The notes below the pieces were generated by a model. The model made no database searches. It saw nothing but the letters and a program-made list of their open reading frames with translations, and was not told the origin of the DNA. The position numbers and the translations under genes are program-made. Source: an uncultured virus (IMG/VR IMGVR_UViG_3300025127_000026) (Duplodnaviria > Heunggongvirae > Uroviricota > Caudoviricetes > Crassvirales). From it: a stretch of 20,000 nt of DNA. Of this stretch, positions 1 to 7,152 are shown piece by piece (the first letter of the stretch is position 1; each line of letters begins with the position of its first letter). The stretch lies in IMG/VR virus record IMGVR_UViG_3300025127_000026; one strand, 5' to 3'.

Positions 1-54
1 TTGTCTTTTTTCTTTTCTACTAGGCTTGAAAGGATCTTTATCTTTTACTCGCAT
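1..54 (-). CDS. 5' end of basic hypothetical protein (runs off window)
   Basis: Manual translation from ATG at 54: MRVKDKDPFKPSRKEKRQ...; follows the 61-213 gene co-directionally. Confidence 0.55.
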   Translation of the reverse strand, partial: MRVKDKDPFKPSRKEKRQ

Positions 55-60
55 ATCTTT

Positions 61-213
61 TTATTTAAAAGCGTATAAAAATTCTCTTAATCCCATGCCA
101 AAAGCAATACCAGCATATAGTGAGTGAGAATGCATTATTAAAAGTAAACCAATTGCACCACACGCTATTGATTTAGATAATGGATGATTTACTATTTCTT
201 TTATTGTTTCCAT
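61..213 (-). CDS. small hydrophobic membrane protein, 50 aa (not in ORF track)
   Basis: Manual translation METIKEIVNHPLSKSIACGAIGLLLIMHSHSLYAGIAFGMGLREFLYAFK; fills the gap after 216-557. Confidence 0.7.
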   Translation of the reverse strand: METIKEIVNHPLSKSIACGAIGLLLIMHSHSLYAGIAFGMGLREFLYAFK

Positions 214-215
214 AA

Positions 216-557
216 TTATTTTCTAAATTGAGCTTCTTGGTTTATCATATATTTCTCCATATCATTACTTTTCGGATTGTTGAGTAATTGAAGTTTTCCC
301 GTTGGTGTTGTTGTTGTTGTTGGTGGTGCAAGTGCTTTTGCCGGATTAGCACTTGTAGTTGGTGCAGATGTAGAAGTTTTTGTTTTTGAATCAGAATCTC
401 TATCATCATCTTCGCAAGCACCAGGATTATCCCTACAAAATGCAGCATCACGTTGTGATTTAGCTTCATCAGCAAAAGCTTTCATGCTATCATTGAATTT
501 ATCAATCGCAATGTTAGCATCAGCTGGAGCTATATATTTAGGTTGTCTATAACTCAT
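216..557 (-). CDS. hypothetical protein with Thr/Pro-rich low-complexity segment
   Basis: ORF track; ATGA overlap with 554-802; PTTTTTTP tract. Confidence 0.75.
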   Translation of the reverse strand: MSYRQPKYIAPADANIAIDKFNDSMKAFADEAKSQRDAAFCRDNPGACEDDDRDSDSKTKTSTSAPTTSANPAKALAPPTTTTTPTGKLQLLNNPKSNDMEKYMINQEAQFRK

Positions 558-802
558 GATTTTCTATTTTTTAATTTACTACCTTTTTTCAACTCTGGAT
601 ACTTAGAATAAACACAGCTTTTAATAGCTTCAGGATTTTCAGCATTGTGCGCTAACTTTAAAGCAGACTTTGCTCTTCTTAAACTATTTACAGGGTATGT
701 TTCATCTGGTCCACAAAAATCTTGTTTTGATACATTATCGTATTTATATGCGTTTGATTTTCCTGGTTCTTCTCTAAGTTCTGTTAAGTTTTCTTTTTTC
801 AT
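554..802 (-). CDS. hypothetical phage protein
   Basis: ORF track; operon-like packing; YPVNS..RAKSAL..AH segment. Confidence 0.75.
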   Translation of the reverse strand: MKKENLTELREEPGKSNAYKYDNVSKQDFCGPDETYPVNSLRRAKSALKLAHNAENPEAIKSCVYSKYPELKKGSKLKNRKS

Positions 803-804
803 AA

Positions 805-960
805 TTACTTTTTATTATAAGGAAACATATTGTTTAATTTTTCTTTTCTTTTAGCGCAACCGCAACCACCAGGTATTTTATCAGCTAATTTTTTTATACC
901 AGTAGCTTTTGTAAATTTTTCAATACTATCTCCAAGTCCTGTTGATTTATTTGATTTCAT
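805..960 (-). CDS. small conserved phage protein (GLGD...CGC..R...LN type)
   Basis: ORF 805-993 trimmed to ATG at 960 (MKSNKSTGLGD...), 1 nt after the stop of the upstream gene; motif recognised from recurrent phage hypotheticals. Confidence 0.7.
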   Translation of the reverse strand: MKSNKSTGLGDSIEKFTKATGIKKLADKIPGGCGCAKRKEKLNNMFPYNKK

Positions 961-961
961 T

Positions 962-1237
962 TTATTTATCTTTTTTATTTTGTAATTTTCCATCTACCTC
1001 TCTACACCAAAACAATATTTCATCTACTTTTTCTTCTAAATCACTTATATGTTCGGTTTGCCATTGTTGTTTTAGATCATACTCAATACGATCTATAACT
1101 GCAGGTGGTAATTTTTTAGCATCTTCTATATCTGACTGCAATGTGTAATACATGCCAACAAACATTGAAGTAACTACTATTATACTTATTACAGTTTTTA
1201 TGTCAATTTTAAATTCTGTTCCTTCAGATATTTTCAT
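962..1237 (-). CDS. single-pass membrane protein with predicted helical/coiled-coil C-terminus (lysis-cassette associated)
   Basis: ORF 962-1306 trimmed to MKISEGTEF (ATG 1237, overlapping the amidase 3' end); hydrophobic VISIIVVTSMFVGMYY. Confidence 0.7.
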   Translation of the reverse strand: MKISEGTEFKIDIKTVISIIVVTSMFVGMYYTLQSDIEDAKKLPPAVIDRIEYDLKQQWQTEHISDLEEKVDEILFWCREVDGKLQNKKDK

Positions 1238-1637
1238 ATTCATTAGTAGCATCAAATGATGGACATGCTTTATTAGCAAAATCCTTGTGTGAATGTATTT
1301 TAGCACTTGGGTACATAGCTTTTAAAGTTCTAAGTACAGCAATTAATGCTTCTTTTTGACAATCAAGTCTAGTATCTTTGGGAGTCTTACCATCTGCTTC
1401 AACGCCTCCGCAATAGCATATACCAATCGAATTACGATTGTGCCCCTTCGTATGAGCTCCCATTTTAGCTATATCTCTACCTTTGTGTATTTCTCCATAT
1501 AGGTCGATATAGAAGTGGTAGCCAATATCGCTCCAGCCACGTCCTTCAACGTGCCATCTACGTATTTCAGCTACATCAAAATTTTCACCTTCTCTTGTCG
1601 CGGAGCAATGTACAATTATTTTATCAATCTGTCTCAT
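1224..1637 (-). CDS. endolysin, N-acetylmuramoyl-L-alanine amidase (Amidase_2, T7 lysozyme-like)
   Basis: IIVHCSAT, WSDIGYHF, GAHTKGHN..SIGICY, H.....KACPSFD zinc-amidase motifs. Confidence 0.95.
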   Translation of the reverse strand: MRQIDKIIVHCSATREGENFDVAEIRRWHVEGRGWSDIGYHFYIDLYGEIHKGRDIAKMGAHTKGHNRNSIGICYCGGVEADGKTPKDTRLDCQKEALIAVLRTLKAMYPSAKIHSHKDFANKACPSFDATNEYENI

Positions 1638-1783
1638 TTACCTTTTTTCATAATCCACCACTTGTGAGCAGTATAACCTATTGTCACAAGTAATAAAGTT
1701 ATTTTTAACATTGGTTCAAGCCAATCCATCATAGTTACTCCAAATGCACCTGCATTTAACAAGTATAATTTTAAATCTTCCAT
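1634..1783 (-). CDS. putative holin, 49 aa (not in ORF track)
   Basis: MEDLKLYLLNAGAFGVTMMDWLEPMLKITLLLVTIGYTAHKWWIMKKGK; hydrophobic helix plus basic tail; TGA overlaps the amidase ATG. Confidence 0.65.
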   Translation of the reverse strand: MEDLKLYLLNAGAFGVTMMDWLEPMLKITLLLVTIGYTAHKWWIMKKGK

Positions 1784-1784
1784 C

Positions 1785-1964
1785 TTACTGGTTGGCACGT
1801 AGTACTACGTTGCCTTTGTAGGGTATATTATCTATAGCTAGATCAGAAACAATATTCTTATCTCTTGACATCATTTTTCTTTCTCCTGCTGTTCCTTTGT
1901 AATAATTGTGATTACACATTTTCTTTTTACCCGCAGGCATTTGTTTTTCTCCGTAACTTGGCAT
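1785..1964 (-). CDS. small basic hypothetical protein, 59 aa (not in ORF track)
   Basis: Manual translation MPSYGEKQMPAGKKKMCNH...VVLRANQ; fills the gap between 1976 and the holin candidate. Confidence 0.65.
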   Translation of the reverse strand: MPSYGEKQMPAGKKKMCNHNYYKGTAGERKMMSRDKNIVSDLAIDNIPYKGNVVLRANQ

Positions 1965-1975
1965 AATATTTATTT

Positions 1976-2191
1976 TTAACTCATTTGTATAGGTTGTCCT
2001 GTAGAAGGATCTATTTCAGTTGTTCCACCTAACTGGTTGAACTTGGCTGTGGTAGAGTAAACAGGATTCATTGGTAAAGTACCTGCACCCGATATATCTT
2101 GATACTGCTGAAACGTTCTATTCATTTGTGGATCTTGTGCTGCTTGAGGCACGCCGCTAAGTATCTTGTTTGGTTTAGAATTATTAATCAT
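1976..2191 (-). CDS. hypothetical low-complexity (Q/P/G/T) protein
   Basis: ORF track; co-directional packing. Confidence 0.7.
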   Translation of the reverse strand: MINNSKPNKILSGVPQAAQDPQMNRTFQQYQDISGAGTLPMNPVYSTTAKFNQLGGTTEIDPSTGQPIQMS

Positions 2192-2209
2192 AATTTTTAT
2201 TTTTATTGA

Positions 2210-2638
2210 TTATCGCTTTTCAAGTAGTTGACCGTATGGTGTGTTAAATGTTTTAACTTCATAAGATTTTGGACCTTTTTTTCTTTGTTTACTCAAGTCT
2301 GTTTCGCTTAAACCAAAATCACTACCACCTAAATAATCACCTTCTTTAACTGGTAGTTTACCTGTAAATACAGTATCGCCAACAGCTGGCGTGTTTGCTC
2401 TTCCTCCAAAAGATCCTTCAGGAGCATTCATACCAGAAAATCCTGTCCAATCTGAATCAGAACCTTCTCCTCCATATATTCCATATAGCTTACCTTTGCT
2501 GTCTTTTTTTAACGCAGGCATACTTTCACCAGCCATTGTTTTACTTGGTGGATCCGTAGGTTTTTTGTTTCCTAACACATCAGTGCTTGTATTTTTAAAT
2601 TTATCAAAATCTTTTTGGTTATTTTTTCTTAGTGCCAT
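2210..2638 (-). CDS. hypothetical Gly/Lys-rich protein
   Basis: ORF track; co-directional packing. Confidence 0.75.
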   Translation of the reverse strand: MALRKNNQKDFDKFKNTSTDVLGNKKPTDPPSKTMAGESMPALKKDSKGKLYGIYGGEGSDSDWTGFSGMNAPEGSFGGRANTPAVGDTVFTGKLPVKEGDYLGGSDFGLSETDLSKQRKKGPKSYEVKTFNTPYGQLLEKR

Positions 2639-2643
2639 TTTTT

Positions 2644-2889
2644 TTATTTATATGATTTTTCATAATCACCCATATCATAATCATAATGATCTGTGCTTCC
2701 TGTTTCATGAAAACTATCTAAAGCACCTTTTTGTTCTTTAGTTAGTTTAGGAGAATTAAATTTATCTAGATCAGCTTGCCTTGTGTTATATTCATCTAAT
2801 TTAGCTTTTTGCTTTTTAGTTAAATTTTTCTTAGCTGCAAGTTTTTTCATACGTCTAGCTTTTCTATTTCCTTTTCCTAATTTACTCAT
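2644..2889 (-). CDS. small protein, basic N-terminus and acidic C-terminus
   Basis: ORF track; TAATG overlap with 2889-3317. Confidence 0.75.
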   Translation of the reverse strand: MSKLGKGNRKARRMKKLAAKKNLTKKQKAKLDEYNTRQADLDKFNSPKLTKEQKGALDSFHETGSTDHYDYDMGDYEKSYK

Positions 2890-3317
2890 TACCTTGTTTT
2901 ATCTTTATTTACGTTGTTTATGGAAGTTTTTAAAACAACGTCCATATAATTACTTTTAAGTCTTTTGCTAGGCATATCTTCTTCGCCTAGCATAATTCGG
3001 TACATACGACTAATTAACTGTTTACACTTTGTAGAAACTTTATATATATTGTATTTCTGTGTTGTTCTATTTCGTTCTCTCCAAACTACTATCCAACCAC
3101 TTTTCAACAACCTGTTCCAGCGTCTGTTATCCCAGCTGTATGAGTACGTACCGGTTTTAAAATCTTGTTTTGTAAATAAATTTACTGCTTCTAAATATAT
3201 TAATAATTCTAAATCAGCGTCATTTAAGTTATTTGTTTTGCAAGCCCACTTGCGTATTATTCTATAATGTTTAAGTAAATTTAATTCTCTAAGATCACTT
3301 GACGTGAGCTTTCTCAT
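2889..3317 (-). CDS. hypothetical protein, possible winged-helix DNA-binding fold
   Basis: LNDADLELLIYL...WNRLLKSGWIV...YNIYKVSTK pattern resembles MarR-like winged HTH (inference). Confidence 0.55.
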   Translation of the reverse strand: MRKLTSSDLRELNLLKHYRIIRKWACKTNNLNDADLELLIYLEAVNLFTKQDFKTGTYSYSWDNRRWNRLLKSGWIVVWRERNRTTQKYNIYKVSTKCKQLISRMYRIMLGEEDMPSKRLKSNYMDVVLKTSINNVNKDKTR

Positions 3318-3772
3318 TTATTTCTTTTTTGTCCTTTTTTTCTAGCATTAACTTTGTGTCTTTTTGTTTCTACCTCTCCTCTAACATTCCCGTATTTATC
3401 AGCTTTAGACCCAGTTTGTTTAATCTTATATCCTCCTCTAAACTCACTAGTGCCTCTTGATTTTTCTTTACTTTTTTCTACAGCAGATCCATCTTTTTTA
3501 ACTCTTGCTTTTTCTTTTTCTTTATGATAATCTGTTTTGTGAGTTTTCTTTCTTTTTACAACATTACCATCAGCGTTTTTAGTTGATTTTCTTTTATACG
3601 TACCTTTTTCGCCTTTACTCTTGTATTTTTCTACTGTTTTTCCAGATCTTTTTTTAATGGTTTTTTTAGTAACTGTTTGACCATCGTCTCTAGTTTCTCT
3701 AGTTTTTTCTACCATACGTCTCATGCGTTCTTTACTTCCCGCACTTCCGCTTTCTTTTAAGTCTTTTGCCAT
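3314..3772 (-). CDS. highly basic Lys/Arg-rich protein
   Basis: ORF track; N-terminus shared with 3783-4190. Confidence 0.8.
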   Translation of the reverse strand: MAKDLKESGSAGSKERMRRMVEKTRETRDDGQTVTKKTIKKRSGKTVEKYKSKGEKGTYKRKSTKNADGNVVKRKKTHKTDYHKEKEKARVKKDGSAVEKSKEKSRGTSEFRGGYKIKQTGSKADKYGNVRGEVETKRHKVNARKKGQKRNK

Positions 3773-3782
3773 TATTATTAAT

Positions 3783-4190
3783 TTACAATTCTGTATTTTT
3801 ATACTTTTTGTTTTTACGTTTTTTTATTCTGTTATATTTTTTTTCAGAAATTTCTTTCCCTTTGCCATAAGTAATTACCGTGGCCCCAAATTGATTTTTG
3901 CTTTCCACTGGTTTTCTTAAAGGCTTATATTGAGTATATGTATTTTCTCCTGTAGGTGTCCATTTTCCACTACCTCCTTCAATACCGTCATCATCGACAA
4001 ATTTTCGCTTTATGTGTTTGTCTAATCCACCTTTGTATTTTCCTTTTTTTGAGTATGATGTACTTTCGTATCTATCAAATCCATCCATAACACTTCCTCG
4101 AAGCCCGGTTGACTCATAACGTTTTTTAACCATTTTCCTCATACGGTCTTTACTTCCTGCACTACCACTTTCTTTTAAATCTCTACTCAT
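3783..4190 (-). CDS. basic Lys-rich protein
   Basis: ORF track; N-terminus shared with 3314-3772. Confidence 0.8.
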   Translation of the reverse strand: MSRDLKESGSAGSKDRMRKMVKKRYESTGLRGSVMDGFDRYESTSYSKKGKYKGGLDKHIKRKFVDDDGIEGGSGKWTPTGENTYTQYKPLRKPVESKNQFGATVITYGKGKEISEKKYNRIKKRKNKKYKNTEL

Positions 4191-4684
4191 TATTTAAAGT
4201 TTTTTCCTAAGTTTCTTTTTCTAATACCTTTTGTTATTGGTCTATCAGCATCATCACTAGGTAGAAGCTTTACTCTTCCTTTTTGTAGTGCTCCACCAGT
4301 AAAATAAAATTCACCTTTTTCCGTGTTGTATTCATCTATATTTTGTTGAGGAGTTACAGCTCTTTCAAACCGAGTACCGGTCATTTTAGTTTTTCTATCT
4401 GTATAACCTTTTTTAAATTCTTGAATAGCTTTTTTTCTACTAGTAGGCTCTGGAAAAGGTGTGTAAACTTCATCTTTTAGTTTTTTATATCTATCAGTTT
4501 CAGTTTTTCCTTTCTTTTCCATTTTTCTTACTTTAGCAAGTTTTTTAACTTGTTTATCTTCACGCTTTTTTTCCTCCCACTCTCCATCTTGCTTCATTTC
4601 TCTTCTTCGTCGTAGTTTCTCTAATATACCTTCTCCTCTTACTTCATCAGGGCGTTTTGATCTTTTTTTAGAACTTGGAAACAT
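4190..4684 (-). CDS. basic Lys/Arg-rich protein
   Basis: ORF track; TAATG coupling to the next gene. Confidence 0.8.
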   Translation of the reverse strand: MFPSSKKRSKRPDEVRGEGILEKLRRRREMKQDGEWEEKKREDKQVKKLAKVRKMEKKGKTETDRYKKLKDEVYTPFPEPTSRKKAIQEFKKGYTDRKTKMTGTRFERAVTPQQNIDEYNTEKGEFYFTGGALQKGRVKLLPSDDADRPITKGIRKRNLGKNFK

Positions 4685-4689
4685 AATTA

Positions 4690-4950
4690 TTATATTACTA
4701 TTACTATATCTTGCTCTTTGATAACTTTGAACATTTTATCTTTTATTTCAATATTAAAACCAGCGTGCCTATCATAATATATTTTATCACCAGATTTTAA
4801 TAATGTTACATCAGAACCTGGGTTTAACACCTCAGCTTTTTGATATCTTATATCTTCTCTTTGTTTATCAGACAAAAGTAAACCACCTTTTGTTTTAGTA
4901 GTTTTTTCTTGCAATTCTTTTATTACTATATATTTACCTACTGCTTTCAT
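4690..4950 (-). CDS. groES: co-chaperonin GroES (Cpn10)
   Basis: 86 aa; mobile loop KTKGGLLL, LKSGDKIYY, VIKEQDIVIVI; overlaps the groEL 3' end. Confidence 0.92.
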   Translation of the reverse strand: MKAVGKYIVIKELQEKTTKTKGGLLLSDKQREDIRYQKAEVLNPGSDVTLLKSGDKIYYDRHAGFNIEIKDKMFKVIKEQDIVIVI

Positions 4951-6487
4951 TTGCTCTCAAATTATTGATTACACAATCAGTTGATAAAATCGTGGTTGCT
5001 ACTGAAGCCGCGTTTTTTAAAGCGCTTTTAGTAACGAGTAGTGGATCTATTATTCCGGCTTTTACCATATCCACGGAATTTCCTGTAACCACGTCTAATC
5101 CTAATCCTTCGTCTTCGCTTTTGGTATTTGTTATACCTGCATTTTTTAAAATAGTATCATATGGCGATGTTATAGCTTTTAATAATACTTTTTCTCCTTC
5201 AGATTCAGGTTTTATATTTTGTGAAGCATTTAGCAAAGCTATTCCTCCACCTGGAACTATACCTTCCTTTATCGCGGCTTTTGTAGCACATATAGCATCT
5301 TCAACTCTATCTTTTTTTTCTTTTAATTCTACTTCTGAATTAGCTCCTACTTTAACAATAGCAACTTTACCTGTTAATCTAGCTATTCTTTTTTCTATTT
5401 GTGTAACTAATGTAGGATTTGAAGTTTCTTTTATTTGTTGTTTTAAATCATTGATAATTTCATCAATATCTTCAGAAAAATAATCTCTTTGTATAATGGT
5501 TTCAGCTGAATTACTTACTGCTTTCAAGCAACTACCTAGATGGTCTTCAGTGATCATTTCCATATCATCACCTAAATCTTCATTTATAATAGTAGCACCT
5601 GTAATTAAAGATAAATCTTTTAAAGTGTTTAATTTATTTACCCCATATGTAGGAGCTTGTATAACGTTGACTTTAATATTACCTTTTATTTTGTTCATAG
5701 CTAATGCAGACGAGACACTTGGTTCTACATCTCCAATTATTAATAATGCCTTATTTCTTTTTATAACATGTTCTAATACAGATTGTATTTGTCTAATGTT
5801 TTCAATTTTGTTTTCTACTAAAAGAACTAATGCATTATCTAATTCTGCTACACCTGTATCTTGATTTGTTATAAAATGAGGATTTAAAATTCCTTTTTCA
5901 TATTGAGCACCATCTACTACTTCTACTGTTGTTTCAGCTAAATCATGTGTTTCCATCATTACTATGCCTGTTTCGTCAACAGCTTTAAATGCATTAGCAA
6001 TAATTTCTCCAAGTTTTTTATCATTATTAGCCGATATAGAAGCAACTTGGTTTATCGATTTACCTGAAACTTTTTTAGACTTTTTCTCTAAATATTTAAC
6101 AACTTTGTCTACACAAGAATTTATACCTTCTTTTATTTCTCTGGTGTTGTTATTTGCTAAGTTTTCATATGCAGTATTAAGTATAGCATGTGCTAATACT
6201 GTAGCTGTAGTTGTACCATCTCCAGCTTCTTTTACTGTTTTTCTTGCAGCTTCTTTTAATAATTTAGCTCCCATGTTTTCAACTGGATCTAATAATATTA
6301 TACTATCAGCCACTGTTACACCGTCTTTTGTTATTTGCGGATTTCCTAAACTATCTTCAAGTATTACACACTTGCCGCTAGCTCCTAATGTGGAGCTAAC
6401 AGCTTTAGTAAGTTTTTCAATACCTTTAAAAATAGTTTCTTTTGCATCTTTACCGAAGTTAAGATGTTTAACTATTGTTTCGTTCAT
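4934..6487 (-). CDS. groEL: chaperonin GroEL (Cpn60), phage-type
   Basis: ITKDGVTVA, AGDGTTTATVLA, ISANND, KKDRVEDA, EGIVPGGG, GIIDP; 517 aa with no GGM tail. Confidence 0.97.
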   Translation of the reverse strand: MNETIVKHLNFGKDAKETIFKGIEKLTKAVSSTLGASGKCVILEDSLGNPQITKDGVTVADSIILLDPVENMGAKLLKEAARKTVKEAGDGTTTATVLAHAILNTAYENLANNNTREIKEGINSCVDKVVKYLEKKSKKVSGKSINQVASISANNDKKLGEIIANAFKAVDETGIVMMETHDLAETTVEVVDGAQYEKGILNPHFITNQDTGVAELDNALVLLVENKIENIRQIQSVLEHVIKRNKALLIIGDVEPSVSSALAMNKIKGNIKVNVIQAPTYGVNKLNTLKDLSLITGATIINEDLGDDMEMITEDHLGSCLKAVSNSAETIIQRDYFSEDIDEIINDLKQQIKETSNPTLVTQIEKRIARLTGKVAIVKVGANSEVELKEKKDRVEDAICATKAAIKEGIVPGGGIALLNASQNIKPESEGEKVLLKAITSPYDTILKNAGITNTKSEDEGLGLDVVTGNSVDMVKAGIIDPLLVTKSALKNAASVATTILSTDCVINNLRANESSR

Positions 6488-6529
6488 TTGATTAAATTAA
6501 ATTGGTTTTAAGTGGTGGTATATAAAGTT

Positions 6530-6796
6530 TTATTTTCGACCTTTATTGTAAGATGCAACTTTTTTATTATATCCCATAACAGCTTTTTTATTTTTACTTG
6601 CAGCTTTTCCAGCTTTCTTTTGCAATTTCATTCCTGTCTTGTTAACTTTCTTAGCTGTCTTAGGATCTGCTTTTCCACCCATTCCAGCTATTTTTTTGTT
6701 TAATGCAGCTATTTTTTTATTTGCAGCAGCTAACTTAGCAGCTGTTGAAACCACTTTTTTCTTTTTAGGTGGTTTAGGTTTACTTCCGTATGCCAT
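6530..6796 (-). CDS. Lys/Ala-rich, histone-H1-like composition small protein
   Basis: ORF track; internal repeat ANKKIAALNKKIAG; almost no acidic residues. Confidence 0.75.
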   Translation of the reverse strand: MAYGSKPKPPKKKKVVSTAAKLAAANKKIAALNKKIAGMGGKADPKTAKKVNKTGMKLQKKAGKAASKNKKAVMGYNKKVASYNKGRK

Positions 6797-6807
6797 TTTA
6801 TTTTTTT

Positions 6808-7095
6808 TTATTTTGTAAATGTTTTGACCACTTTTGGTCCTTTAAGAAATTCTAATTTCTTTGTATAATGTTCTATAGATCCATCAATAGCGGCTTCAGC
6901 ACCATCCATTGTTTCTCTCCTTGTTACATCGATCCAGTCGTCTTCTTCTGGATGTTTATATTCTGTTTGGAAAAATCCATTTGGTAACTGAACAATTCTC
7001 CAATTGCTTTTTTCGGTTATATGTTTCCAATGGTTGATCATACTTTGATCGGGTTGTGTAGCAGCTCTAAAGCTACTGGTATATAAAAACGTCAT
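6808..7095 (-). CDS. hypothetical phage protein
   Basis: ORF track; globular-looking composition (WRIVQLPNGFFQTE). Confidence 0.8.
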   Translation of the reverse strand: MTFLYTSSFRAATQPDQSMINHWKHITEKSNWRIVQLPNGFFQTEYKHPEEDDWIDVTRRETMDGAEAAIDGSIEHYTKKLEFLKGPKVVKTFTK

Positions 7096-7152
7096 GGTTT
7101 TATGTTTTTTGGTTATTATTATACTATCACATGATAGTTTGTTTTTCTACTA

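Noticed and set aside
245..475. Nested alternative-frame ORF with poly-Gln
   Set aside because: By-product of the ACA (poly-Thr) tract of the 216-557 gene
4965..6491. Long plus-strand ORFs opposite groEL, and other plus-strand ORFs in the left arm (645, 942, 2391, 2965, 3723, 6512, 7386, 7601, 9152)
   Set aside because: Antisense shadows of well-supported minus-strand genes; no recognisable motifs
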